The notes beneath the pieces are model-generated. The model saw only the letters and a program-made list of their open reading frames with translations. It made no database searches and was not told the origin of the DNA. A program made the translations under genes and the position numbers. A stretch of DNA of 64,000 nt from Clostridiales bacterium (lineage in GTDB: Bacteria; Bacillota; Clostridia; Saccharofermentanales; Saccharofermentanaceae), in assembly GCA_017964005.1 (NCBI GenBank), contig JAGCSR010000054.1, forward strand, positions 172-64,171, read 5' to 3'. This document shows, piece by piece, positions 27,776 to 37,732 of the stretch (its first letter is position 1; each line of letters opens with the position of its first letter).

Positions 27776-28674
27776 AAAGTTACCCCCTTGTGTGTTGCAA
27801 AATCATATGTCATGTCGGGGTTGATCACGATCTTGGCGCGCCTGTGTGCCCAGCATGCAGTGGACAGACCCATCGCAAGGGTTGCCGGATGTCTTGCAGC
27901 CTGCTCGATGTTGACTCCCATGACCGAGAGCTTGCCGCCGAATCCGCCGGGCCCCAGGCCGATCTTATTCAGGCCTTCTTCGATATCCGATTCCATCTTG
28001 GCAGCCTTGGGGTTGGGGTTATGAGAACCGACGGGTCTTAAGAGCGCTTTCTTGGATAACTTGGCAGCGACTTCCGCCGAGCCTGCTATGCCGATACCCA
28101 CAAGGCAGGGAGGGCAGGCATTGACGCCGTAGGATGTCATCTGATCGAATACCAGTCTTGCTATGCCGTCGTAGCCTTCCAGGGGCATTAAGACCTTGGC
28201 CATTCCGGGCAGAGAGCATCCGCCGCCTGCCATGTAGAAATATACTTCCAATGCATCAGAATCCCCTACGATCTCCCAATCGATCCAGGGCACTCTGTGT
28301 CCGATGTTGTTTCCCGTATTATATTCATCGAAAACCTCTACCGCGTTGTGCCTCAGAGGTGCCTTTACCGTTGCCTTCTTTACGGCTTCCACGAGAGCCG
28401 GTTCGATCTCTGCCAGGTACGGCCAGTCACAGCCGACACGTACGAAGAACTGGGGTATTCCGGTGTCCTGACAGGACGGGCGTCCCAGGGAGTCCGCAAG
28501 CTCCATGTTCTTCTTCATGACGTCGTAGATCGCGGGTGCAAAACCCTCGTCTTCGATCTTGGACATCTCGGTTAATCTCGCCTTAACGTCGTCGGGCAGG
28601 TGCCCTGCGGCGTGACAAATGAAGGAAGTCAGAAGCTCTGACAGTTCTTCGCATTTTGCGTTATCGTAAGCCAT
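27772..28674 (-). CDS. ttdA: L(+)-tartrate dehydratase alpha subunit (Fe-S)
   Basis: PSCQDTG, GGGCSLPG, NACPP, CWAHRR. Confidence 0.82.
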   Translation of the reverse strand: MAYDNAKCEELSELLTSFICHAAGHLPDDVKARLTEMSKIEDEGFAPAIYDVMKKNMELADSLGRPSCQDTGIPQFFVRVGCDWPYLAEIEPALVEAVKKATVKAPLRHNAVEVFDEYNTGNNIGHRVPWIDWEIVGDSDALEVYFYMAGGGCSLPGMAKVLMPLEGYDGIARLVFDQMTSYGVNACPPCLVGIGIAGSAEVAAKLSKKALLRPVGSHNPNPKAAKMESDIEEGLNKIGLGPGGFGGKLSVMGVNIEQAARHPATLAMGLSTACWAHRRAKIVINPDMTYDFATHKGVTL

Positions 28675-28744
28675 ATGAAACCCCCACGGATTTTTTCTCG
28701 TGAAGATTATATCAGATAATCCGCGGGAGGGGATAGATGACAGA

Positions 28745-29365
28745 TCAGACCTTAAGTCCTGCTTTGCGCCTGATAGCCTTCAGAGGCCGTGACAGCGGCA
28801 GACTTACAAGGAAAGTGATGATCCCTACAACGATGCCCTTGAAGAGATTGAACGGCACGAATCCCCACATGATAAGTGACCACTTGGAAGTGATGAGAGG
28901 GTTGACTGCCTGGCTCATGCCTACGATCGCCTCCGTGGAGAAACCGAGAACGGTTGCATACAAGGGAAGAGTGACATAAGCATTGAGAGGTATCCCCACC
29001 AGAGCAAGGACTATGGTTGCAACGGCAGAAGATACGATGATCCCGGGCTTGCTGTGCATCTTGTTGTAGATGAGGCCTGCTGTCAGCACATAGATACTGC
29101 CTGTTATGAAGTTGGACATCTCACCGATGCCTGCGGTCTGGCTCATGGGAAGGTGTATAAGGTTCTTCAAAAGTTCGATAATTACACCGAAGACCGGGCC
29201 CAGCGCGAACGATCCCATGAGAACGGGGATCTCCGAGAAGTCGAACTTCAGGAAAGGCGGCATGAACGGCAGCGGCATCTCATAGTACATGAGGGCAGAT
29301 GCCATAGCGGTAAGTATCGCAGTGCCTGCGAGCCTGATAAGAACTGATTTACGTTTGGATTCCAT
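28745..29365 (-). CDS. ribU: ECF transporter S component, riboflavin
   Basis: FLKFDFSEIP, KNLIH, IGEMSNF, PFNLFKG; directly downstream of an FMN riboswitch. Confidence 0.88.
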   Translation of the reverse strand: MESKRKSVLIRLAGTAILTAMASALMYYEMPLPFMPPFLKFDFSEIPVLMGSFALGPVFGVIIELLKNLIHLPMSQTAGIGEMSNFITGSIYVLTAGLIYNKMHSKPGIIVSSAVATIVLALVGIPLNAYVTLPLYATVLGFSTEAIVGMSQAVNPLITSKWSLIMWGFVPFNLFKGIVVGIITFLVSLPLSRPLKAIRRKAGLKV

Positions 29366-29372
29366 ATATATC

Positions 29373-29502
29373 ATCTCCTTTCATCCGGACTGTACCGTCG
29401 GCCGCAGAGTCTCACTGCGTCAGCCTTGCGTTTTGCAAGGGTTGCGGGCTTTGTCATATGACATCACCGCCGGTCGGGGAATTGCGCCCCGCCTTGGAAT
29501 TC
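29373..29502 (-). ncRNA. FMN riboswitch (RFN element)
   Basis: Minus strand GGCGGGGCGCAAUUCCCCGACCGGCGGU...AGCCCGC...GCCGACGGUACAGUCCGGAUGAAAGGAG. Confidence 0.93.
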
Positions 29503-29582
29503 AACCGGTCAGTTTGAACTGACCGAGAGGTATTGTAGCACAAATATATGTAATATCAACTTTTCGGTGCGAAAAGATATCT

Positions 29583-30479
29583 TTACGGCATTACCTGACA
29601 CTTATCGTAGTATGCCTCGAGGGACATATCGTGCTCGGTAAGGTAAGTTGCAAGTTCGACGCCCACATAGCGGTAGTGCCATGCTTCGTTGTCGTAGCCG
29701 GTCTCGTTGATCCACTGGGTCTGGAATCTCCTGATGAAGCCGTACTCATGGCAGTGAGCATCGACCCACTGTCCGACCTTTGTCTTACCGAAGTCGTCGG
29801 ATATCATGGTCGAGCCTTCGGGGCTTATATCCATGGCAAGTCCCAGCTGGTGTTCGGATCTGCCCTGGTAAGCGTTGCGCTTGCAGGCAAAGGCAAGGCT
29901 CCTCTTGTTCATGGAACGGGTGAAGAGGGTCTTCTGCAAAGAGAAGCTCCTGTAACCTGAGATGAGATATATGCCGTTGCCGACTTCCGCCTTGCAGGCA
30001 TCGTACATCTTCTCATAGGAATCGGCTGCTTCTTTCCTGAGCTTCTGTTCGCCGGCGTGCTTGGGATTTACCAGGTCATCCGGTTCGTAATCTTCAGTAA
30101 GGGTATAGTATTTGTTTACAAGAACCGTAACGTCGCCTGTGGGGTGTACGACTTCAGCGCGGACGGTCCTGGGGTCTGAGAAACCGTTGTACCAGGCTTC
30201 CTTCATCTCGGGTTCCACATACTCGGGTTCGGGAGTGGGAGTTGCATCCGGGTCTTCGGTCGTCTCGGAAGGGGTTGTATCGGAGGTTGTTGCAACAGTT
30301 GTTTCTTCAGGTTCTGACGGAGCCGGAGATGCTTCTTCTGCCGTCTGTTCGGGTGCGATATTGCTTGCCGCGACCTTACCGTGGAGGCTGTTGGCGTAGA
30401 TCATGAATATGCCTGTTGCGGCCAGAAGGCACAGCAAAGACACGAGCCTGACAAAATATCTTCCGTACTTTTTCTTCAC
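29583..30479 (-). CDS. M15 family D-Ala-D-Ala carboxypeptidase (VanY/LdcB-like)
   Basis: SGYRS, SEHQLGLAMD, EAWHYRYVG; N-terminal TM; GTG start with GGAGG RBS. Confidence 0.88.
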   Translation of the reverse strand: MKKKYGRYFVRLVSLLCLLAATGIFMIYANSLHGKVAASNIAPEQTAEEASPAPSEPEETTVATTSDTTPSETTEDPDATPTPEPEYVEPEMKEAWYNGFSDPRTVRAEVVHPTGDVTVLVNKYYTLTEDYEPDDLVNPKHAGEQKLRKEAADSYEKMYDACKAEVGNGIYLISGYRSFSLQKTLFTRSMNKRSLAFACKRNAYQGRSEHQLGLAMDISPEGSTMISDDFGKTKVGQWVDAHCHEYGFIRRFQTQWINETGYDNEAWHYRYVGVELATYLTEHDMSLEAYYDKCQVMP

Positions 30480-30601
30480 GTTATCCCTCCGAAAAGTTGT
30501 TTTTGTCACAAATCGACTTTATTATAATAATAAATTTGCTATAATATGTCGGCGCGGCAAATGCGTAACCAAAAAGTAAAAAAACACGGAGATGAAGAAA
30601 A

Positions 30602-32014
30602 ATGGAAATCTGTTCTGTAGTTATGGCGGCAGGCAACAGCACCAGAATGAAGTCGAAGCACTCTAAAGTCGTATTCAGAGTCGGAGGCAAACCCATTATC
30701 AAGTGGGTGGCAGACGCTCTTTACGAGATCGGGTGCAGCGAACAGGCATATATAGTAGGAGACAGGCAGGAAGAGATCAGAGAGATCCTGGGAGAAGACG
30801 TTATCTATGCTTTCCAGGAACAGAGACTCGGAACCGGTCATGCCGTCATGCAGGCTCAGACATTCCTTGAGGGCCGCGACGGATATACGATCGTACTTCC
30901 CGGTGACAGCCCCATGGTATCGGCTGACACATTGAGAAGAGCCTTGGAGACCATCGACAGCAACGGCTATGCCTGTGTCATCATCACCGCTTTGGCAGAT
31001 GATCCCACCGGTTACGGCAGGATCGTAAGAGATGAGGAAGGTCATGTTCAGTGCATCGTTGAGCATAAGGATGCAACTGAAGAACAAAGACAGATCAAAG
31101 AGATCAACTCTTCGATGTATGTGTTCAAGACCCCCTTGCTCCTGTCCTCTTTGGGAAGGCTCGGAGCATCGAATGCCCAGAAAGAGTACTATCTTACCGA
31201 CACTATCGGTATCCTTATCGGCGACGGCTACAAGATCGGCGCCGTGATCTGCGATTTTGACGATACCCGCGGAGTCAATGACTGCATCCAGCTGTCCGAG
31301 GCTCAGAAGATAATGAATCAGAGGATCATCCGCAAGCACATGCTGAACGGCGTTCAGATCATGGACCCGGATACGACATGGATCCACTATGCGGTCGAGA
31401 TCGGACCCGATACTGTAATCCTTCCCGGAACGACTCTTATGGGTGACACCAGGATCGGTTCCGACTGCATGATCGGCGACTACACAAGACTTGACTGCGT
31501 CAAGGTCGGCGACGGCACCACTATCGATAACACGATCGCGACACAGTGCACCATCGGACAGGACTGCAGGATCGGACCCTTCACGCATATAAGACCCGAC
31601 ACGGTCATCGGAGATCATGTTACCCTCGGCGCATATGTAGAGGTCAAGAACTCCACTGTCGATGAGTATACGAGAGCAAGACACCTTACATATATCGGAG
31701 ATTCCCAGGTCGGCAAGAATGTCAACTTCGGATGCGGAACTGTCACATGTAACTTTGACGGTCAAGACAAGAAGGGCTGTATCATCGAAGACAATGTCTT
31801 CATCGGAGGCAACTCCAATATCCTGTCTTCCGTTGTCCTGGGCAAGGACAGCTACATCGCTGCAGGATCCACCATAACGGAAGATGTTCCGGCTCTGGGT
31901 CTCGGTATCGGAAGATCCAAGCAGGTCAACAAGGACGAGTGGGTCGCAAAGAAATCCCGTATGAGAGGTTCGAATTACATCAGATTGGATGATAAGCGCC
32001 GTGTTGAAGTTTAA
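30602..32014 (+). CDS. glmU: Bifunctional UDP-GlcNAc pyrophosphorylase/GlcN-1-P acetyltransferase
   Basis: MAAGNSTRMKS, QRLGTGHAV, YGRIVR, EYYLTD, hexapeptide repeats, HLTYIGD. Confidence 0.95.
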   Translation: MEICSVVMAAGNSTRMKSKHSKVVFRVGGKPIIKWVADALYEIGCSEQAYIVGDRQEEIREILGEDVIYAFQEQRLGTGHAVMQAQTFLEGRDGYTIVLPGDSPMVSADTLRRALETIDSNGYACVIITALADDPTGYGRIVRDEEGHVQCIVEHKDATEEQRQIKEINSSMYVFKTPLLLSSLGRLGASNAQKEYYLTDTIGILIGDGYKIGAVICDFDDTRGVNDCIQLSEAQKIMNQRIIRKHMLNGVQIMDPDTTWIHYAVEIGPDTVILPGTTLMGDTRIGSDCMIGDYTRLDCVKVGDGTTIDNTIATQCTIGQDCRIGPFTHIRPDTVIGDHVTLGAYVEVKNSTVDEYTRARHLTYIGDSQVGKNVNFGCGTVTCNFDGQDKKGCIIEDNVFIGGNSNILSSVVLGKDSYIAAGSTITEDVPALGLGIGRSKQVNKDEWVAKKSRMRGSNYIRLDDKRRVEV

Positions 32015-32033
32015 TAACTCAAAAGGCGGCAAC

Positions 32034-32579
32034 ATGTGGCTCATAGCGGGCCTGGGCAACCCCGGCAAAGAATATGCCTACACCTGGCATAACATGGGGT
32101 TTCTTACCGTGGAACTTTTGGCGGAACATAACGGCATATCCCTTAACAAGAACAAGTTCGACGCAAGGTACGGCAAAGGAAAGATCGAAGAGTGTGATGT
32201 GATCATCATGGAACCCCTCACATTCATGAATAATTCCGGAATCAGCGTTGCGGCGGCATCCAAGTTCTTCAAGATCCCCGCAGATCATGTCATCGTCGTT
32301 TACGATGATATAGATATCGCCCGCGGCAAGATCCGTGTCCGTGACAAGGGTTCTGCCGGAACGCATAACGGAATGAAGTCCGTTATCGCTCATATGGGAA
32401 CGGAAGTCTTCCCGAGAGTCCGGATCGGGACGGGTCCCGTGCCGGAGCACTGGGATCTTGTGGATTATGTATTGTCGGAGGTCCCCAAGGATATCCGGCA
32501 GGAGATCTTCGATTCTTTCGAGACTGCCTGTGATGCGGTCTCGGAGATCATAGCAGGCAAAAAGGTCAGCGACAAGTGA
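32034..32579 (+). CDS. pth: Peptidyl-tRNA hydrolase
   Basis: AGLGNPG, HNMGF, TFMNNSG, YDDID, HNGMKS. Confidence 0.95.
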   Translation: MWLIAGLGNPGKEYAYTWHNMGFLTVELLAEHNGISLNKNKFDARYGKGKIEECDVIIMEPLTFMNNSGISVAAASKFFKIPADHVIVVYDDIDIARGKIRVRDKGSAGTHNGMKSVIAHMGTEVFPRVRIGTGPVPEHWDLVDYVLSEVPKDIRQEIFDSFETACDAVSEIIAGKKVSDK

Positions 32580-35500
32580 TCAATATACTCGGATCAGTAT
32601 CCAATGACAAGGCTTTATGTGAAGCCTTTGACGGCGCTCTCGGAAAGCGTCATCTTAATATATTCGGTGTTGCCGAGGAGCAGAAAGGCTACCTTATCGC
32701 AGCGCTTTCCGCAAGAGCCGGCAAGATCCCCGCGGTCATTACAGCAGACCCCGTAAGGGCAGGAATCATTGCCCAGTCCATATCAGCATTTACCGGAAAG
32801 AAAACAGATGTCCTGATGCCGTCGGAACTGTCATTGATCTCTGCGGTTGCAAGTTCCAGGGATTCGGGAATGGACAGAGCAGTGGTCGCGTCAAGGATCC
32901 TGACCGGGGATACGGATGCCGCGGTCATATGCGCGGGCGCGCTCATCAACAAGATGGAACCTGTAAGTGTTGCAAGGGAGAGAGTCATCAGGCTTGCCAA
33001 AGGCGACGCGCCCGGGATAGGGAAGATGGCCGAGCTCCTGGCGTTTACGGGGTATGAGAGGGTCGAGAGCATATCCGAACCAGGCGAGTTCTCCGTCCGC
33101 GGTGATATCCTGGATATCTTCATTCCCGGATCGGATATGGCTGTAAGGATCGATTTCTGGGATGATGAGATCGAGCAGATCAAGATGCTCGATACTGACA
33201 CCCAGCGCTCCGCAGGCGAGATTACGGAAGTTACGATATATCCTGCCGCCGAATTCTGTTTTAAGGCTGAAGACCGGCATGAACTTACCACCCGCATCGA
33301 GGAGAAAGTCATAAGCGACATCGGGAAGATGAACCTCAAGTCTGACACGGCCGCGAAAGCCGCCAAGGTCCTAAAGCACACCGGAATGTCAGACTGCACT
33401 CTCATCGAGAACGGTTCCAGGGTATCCGGTCTTGCAAGGTGGCTCGGGATCCTGATCGACGAACCCGCATCGATCCTGGATTACATAGATGAATCCGGCA
33501 GATTCCTTATCTTCGTGGATGAGCTTCCGATGGTGGACAGCAGGATGAGGTCTTATGCCGCGGAATATATCGCCAGATGCCAGGAGTCGTTCGAAGTGGG
33601 TCTCGCGCCTTCCTGTGCGCCATATTCGATGTTCGATATCCCGCCGGTAACAAAGAGCCTTGATATGGGGCACCATACCGTATCTCTTGCGGTGCTCGGA
33701 GGTTCCGCAGGATTTGCCGGAGGCGTTAAATGTGATGTGACGGGATACCCGGCAGAGATATATAACGGGAGAGATCCCGAGTTCGCCGCAAAGATCAAAG
33801 CTGAGGCTACAAAGGGCGGACGTAACATTGTTATTATGCTCCGCGGGACCGAAAGGATCGAAGCATTCAGGGACAGGATGGCGGAGTTCGACTGCTACCC
33901 CTCCGTAACCGATGCAGCCCTCCCCGCAGGCTTCTGTTATCCTGCCGCCGGCATCGAAGTCTACAGCGGCCAGGAACTGTTCGGCAACACCAGGAAAGTC
34001 AAGAGCAGGTCCTCCAACAAGAGGGTCACGTTTTTCGATGATATCAAGCCGGGCGACTATGTCGTTCACGACGACTACGGCATCGGCCGCTACGAAGGTC
34101 TGGTTAATCTCAAGGTCGGCGAGGGACGCAAGGACTATCTGAAGATCTGTTACGACGGCGATGAGGTCCTCTATATCCTTCCCGAAAACATAAACATCCT
34201 TCAGAAGTACTTAGGCCCCGAAGGGCGGACCCCCAAGCTGTCTCACATCGGCAAGGGCGACTGGAGCCGTGCCAAGGCCCGGGCCCAGAAGTCCATCAAG
34301 AAGATCGCATACGACCTTCTGAAGATATATGCTTCCAGGTCTGTCAACAAAGGGTTCGCGGCTCTCCCCGACGGCAAAGAACAGAAGGAATTCGAAGCAG
34401 AGTTCCCTTATGCCGAGACAGAAGACCAGCTCCTGGCCGCAGCCGATATCAAGCGCGATATGGAGAGCTCCCGTCCCATGGACAGGCTCTTGTGCGGTGA
34501 CGTCGGATTCGGCAAGACGGAAGTGGCTTTCCGCGCGATATTCAAATCGGTAATGAGCGGCGGGCAGGTGATCATGCTGGCACCCACGACCCTTCTTGCT
34601 CAGCAGCATTACGACAACTTCATCGAGAGGATCGGCGACGCACCCATCAATGTCGTGCTCTTAAGCAGGTTCGTTTCCGCTTCACAGATCAAGAAAAACC
34701 TTGCCGACATTGAAAGCGGCAAAGCCGATGTCATCATCGGAACCCACCGCGTTTTGTCTGACGATGTCAAACCCCGCAAACTCGAACTCCTCGTAGTCGA
34801 CGAAGAGCAGCGCTTCGGTGTCAATCACAAGGAGAAGATCAAGGCGGCCAAATCCAGAGTCGATGTCCTTACTCTTACGGCAACTCCAATCCCCCGTACA
34901 CTTCATATGTCACTGTCCGGGATCCGCGACATCTCGGTAATCGAGCAGGCGCCCTTCAACCGCCGTGCCGTTCAGACCTATGTCATGGAATATAACGAAG
35001 ACATAGTCGTTCAGGCGTGTCTCCGCGAGATCGGAAGAGGAGGTCAGATCTTCTGGCTCCATAACAGGACTTCCGATATCGACAGGGTGGCAGAAGATAT
35101 CGCCAAGCTCATTCCCGGGGCACGTGTTACTTTCGCTCACGGACAGATGAACGAAGCTCAGATGTCTTCGACGGTACGTGACTTCATTAAGGGCAAATAC
35201 GATATCCTGGTATGCACCACCATCATCGAAAACGGTGTCGACATGCCGAACGTAAATACCCTCATCGTAGACGATTCCGACAGGTTCGGTCTGTCCCAGC
35301 TATACCAGATAAAGGGCCGTGTCGGAAGGAGTGACAGGCAGGCATATGCGTACTTTACATATTCTAACGAGATAATGAACGAGACTGCGGTCAAGCGCCT
35401 TGAAGCCATCCGCGAATTTACCGAACTCGGTTCCGGCATCAAGATCGCCATGCGTGACCTTGAAGTCCGCGGCGCAGGGTCGCTCCTGGGTGCCGAACAG

Positions 35501-36100
35501 CACGGACAGATGAACGAGATCGGATACGAGCTCTACTCAAGGATGCTGGACGAAGAGGTCAAGCTCATGCGCTCGGGCGGTGAACTTCCCGAAGCAGAAG
35601 CGGCCGCAGAAGAGAGCAAGGTCGAGATCGAGTGCGACGCATATATCCCGTCGTCTTACATACCTGACGAGACGGGCAGGATGGCGGCATACCGAAGGAT
35701 CGCCGACATCCGCGACAAAAAGGGTTATGAAGATCTCATCGAAGAACTCAGCGACAGGTACGGCGCGCCGGTGTCCGAAGTCTATCTTCTGGCAGGTGTG
35801 TCGTTCATACGTTATTCGTCTGCCAAATGCGGTTTCCGCAGAGTCGAGTTCAAAGGCAATACCGTCAAGATGTATTACAAGTCTTCCGGCAATATCGATA
35901 TGGAAGCCATCGCATCTGTTATGTCTTCACCCGACTACGCTGCCCGTGTCCGCATCGTTACCGTTGCCGACACATATCTTCAGTATGAACCCCAGTCGGC
36001 AAAGCCCGTTGATGCCGTCGGCGAAGTGGTTGGTCTTCTGGAACTGATGGCATCCGGGGATGAGCAGGGCGACAGTCAGGACACCAAGGATCAGGCATAA
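32576..36100 (+). CDS. mfd: Transcription-repair coupling factor
   Basis: GDVGFGKTEVA, DEEQRFG, TATPIPRT, QIKGRVGRS, RDLEVRGAG. Confidence 0.96.
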   Translation: MINILGSVSNDKALCEAFDGALGKRHLNIFGVAEEQKGYLIAALSARAGKIPAVITADPVRAGIIAQSISAFTGKKTDVLMPSELSLISAVASSRDSGMDRAVVASRILTGDTDAAVICAGALINKMEPVSVARERVIRLAKGDAPGIGKMAELLAFTGYERVESISEPGEFSVRGDILDIFIPGSDMAVRIDFWDDEIEQIKMLDTDTQRSAGEITEVTIYPAAEFCFKAEDRHELTTRIEEKVISDIGKMNLKSDTAAKAAKVLKHTGMSDCTLIENGSRVSGLARWLGILIDEPASILDYIDESGRFLIFVDELPMVDSRMRSYAAEYIARCQESFEVGLAPSCAPYSMFDIPPVTKSLDMGHHTVSLAVLGGSAGFAGGVKCDVTGYPAEIYNGRDPEFAAKIKAEATKGGRNIVIMLRGTERIEAFRDRMAEFDCYPSVTDAALPAGFCYPAAGIEVYSGQELFGNTRKVKSRSSNKRVTFFDDIKPGDYVVHDDYGIGRYEGLVNLKVGEGRKDYLKICYDGDEVLYILPENINILQKYLGPEGRTPKLSHIGKGDWSRAKARAQKSIKKIAYDLLKIYASRSVNKGFAALPDGKEQKEFEAEFPYAETEDQLLAAADIKRDMESSRPMDRLLCGDVGFGKTEVAFRAIFKSVMSGGQVIMLAPTTLLAQQHYDNFIERIGDAPINVVLLSRFVSASQIKKNLADIESGKADVIIGTHRVLSDDVKPRKLELLVVDEEQRFGVNHKEKIKAAKSRVDVLTLTATPIPRTLHMSLSGIRDISVIEQAPFNRRAVQTYVMEYNEDIVVQACLREIGRGGQIFWLHNRTSDIDRVAEDIAKLIPGARVTFAHGQMNEAQMSSTVRDFIKGKYDILVCTTIIENGVDMPNVNTLIVDDSDRFGLSQLYQIKGRVGRSDRQAYAYFTYSNEIMNETAVKRLEAIREFTELGSGIKIAMRDLEVRGAGSLLGAEQHGQMNEIGYELYSRMLDEEVKLMRSGGELPEAEAAAEESKVEIECDAYIPSSYIPDETGRMAAYRRIADIRDKKGYEDLIEELSDRYGAPVSEVYLLAGVSFIRYSSAKCGFRRVEFKGNTVKMYYKSSGNIDMEAIASVMSSPDYAARVRIVTVADTYLQYEPQSAKPVDAVGEVVGLLELMASGDEQGDSQDTKDQA

Positions 36101-36182
36101 CGGTTCCGTTGCGGCCGATTTTCGATACGGATGCCGGTCCATCGGATCCGCTGAATTGATAATCTTATTGTATATCCGGCAC

Positions 36183-36325
36183 TTTTCTACTAAATCTTCA
36201 AAATCTGAGTTTTAGTAGAAAGATTTTGCTGTTTTTTCTATCAAATCTTCAGAATCAATGATTTAGTAGAAAATCCGGCCTGTTTTTTTCTATCAAATCT
36301 TTAAAATCGCAGATTTAGTAGAAAA
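36183..36325. repeat. Three tandem ~40-bp imperfect inverted repeats (period 51-52 bp)
   Basis: TTTTCTAYYAAATC...TTTAGTAGAAA starting at 36183, 36234, 36286. Confidence 0.85.
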
Positions 36326-36412
36326 CCATGTCTTCCTCATTCAGAACAAGACTGGGACAATACTTGATTTGCGATACATCTTCAATAGTGGCATAATATG
36401 ACAATCTAATAT

Positions 36413-36487
36413 GCCTCCATAGTTTAATGGATAGAACGACAGTTTCCGGTACTGTTGGTGCGGGTTCGATTCCTGCTGGGGGTGCCA
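36413..36487 (+). tRNA. tRNA-Arg(CCG)
   Basis: Acceptor GCCTCCA/TGGGGGT, anticodon arm ACAGT-TTCCGGT-ACTGT, T-arm GGTTCGATTCC, encoded CCA. Confidence 0.93.
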
Positions 36488-36630
36488 GCTTCGCAAAACT
36501 TTATCCCGCTTAGGTCCTCCGCGCTACGCTTGTGCGGAAACAGCGGGACAAGAGTTTTGCTCCGCAGGACCTGCGGAAGTCGCAAGCGAGTAAGTTATTC
36601 GCTCAGGTATATCGAGAAGGGACAGAACAC

Positions 36631-37713
36631 ATGCGGAACAAGTTAGTTGCCCTTATACTTCTCACATCTGTTGTTATATCCTCATGTTCGGCCGCAAAAG
36701 ACGGGGTTACCTCTTCTGTTGAGCAGGTTACTGAACAGACTTCCGCGACAACATCTGCCGTGACATCTGAAACTTCTGCGGCTGAGCCTGAGACTTCCGC
36801 TGCAACGACTGTTCAGGAGAAGTTCGAATTCAACCCTCATGTTCATGTTGATCTGATGGACCAGTGGACCGCACCTGATTACTGGTCTTCTTTCTATAAC
36901 CTTTGTGACGCGCTGCGGGAGGGCCGCGATACTTTCGAATGTTCGAGCAGGGAAGCATACGAATGGTGCCTGGATGATGTTACCATGGGATCTTTGTTCC
37001 CGGCTTGCAGCATGGCGGTCTGCGGCAAGAGCGATGACGGAAGCAAGCCTTTCGAGGACGGTGTCGGGCGGATCTACTATAAGATACCGGCGGAAGAGGT
37101 AGTGGCAAGACAAAAGGAATTCGAGGGAGTCATCGAAGATATCATCAATACTTATGTTGAGAAGGATGACAGTGACTTCGAGAAATGCATTAAACTGTAC
37201 GACTATATCGAGTCGAATTATACATACGGTGAACTGGATCTGTCTGATACGGATACCGAAGGATTCTTCTACAAATGTATTACGGATAAGAGAGGCATCT
37301 GTTCTGATATCTCGGCTGCTTATGCTTATCTTCTGATGCAGGTCGGAGTGGATGCCATGTCGGTAGGATGTTTTGATGATATGGACCATGCGTGGACGTA
37401 TCTTGTTATTGACGGGCAGGGGTATCATTCGGATCCGACATGGGCTTTAAAGTCTTATACCAGTATGGAGCACCTTGACCTGGATTATTTCCTGATGACC
37501 GATGAAGAGCGGACTGAATCCGGATGTCCCGTAACAGATCTTACTGTCGGCCTTTATCCCAAATATTGGATAAAGGATACTGATATCGATCTTTCCGCTG
37601 ACAGCAGGAAGTATGAGGCTTTGGGGCATGCGGTCCTCGACCGGCTGGATGAAGAGAACAAGACCATATACTATTGGGAAGAAGATGAACCCAAAGAGTT
37701 TTGCTATAAGTGA
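36631..37713 (+). CDS. Transglutaminase-like lipoprotein
   Basis: Lipobox ISSC, Thr/Ser linker, triad GICSDIS / HAW / DPTW. Confidence 0.8.
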   Translation: MRNKLVALILLTSVVISSCSAAKDGVTSSVEQVTEQTSATTSAVTSETSAAEPETSAATTVQEKFEFNPHVHVDLMDQWTAPDYWSSFYNLCDALREGRDTFECSSREAYEWCLDDVTMGSLFPACSMAVCGKSDDGSKPFEDGVGRIYYKIPAEEVVARQKEFEGVIEDIINTYVEKDDSDFEKCIKLYDYIESNYTYGELDLSDTDTEGFFYKCITDKRGICSDISAAYAYLLMQVGVDAMSVGCFDDMDHAWTYLVIDGQGYHSDPTWALKSYTSMEHLDLDYFLMTDEERTESGCPVTDLTVGLYPKYWIKDTDIDLSADSRKYEALGHAVLDRLDEENKTIYYWEEDEPKEFCYK

Positions 37714-37732
37714 CCGAAAGGAGCAACGGAAT

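Noticed and set aside
29583-30479. vanY as a vancomycin resistance gene
   Set aside because: No other van genes; M15 carboxypeptidases are common housekeeping enzymes
30539-32068. 509-aa minus-strand ORF
   Set aside because: Antisense shadow of glmU
36183-36325. Possible CRISPR array
   Set aside because: Only three degenerate units, 12-bp linkers, no cas genes
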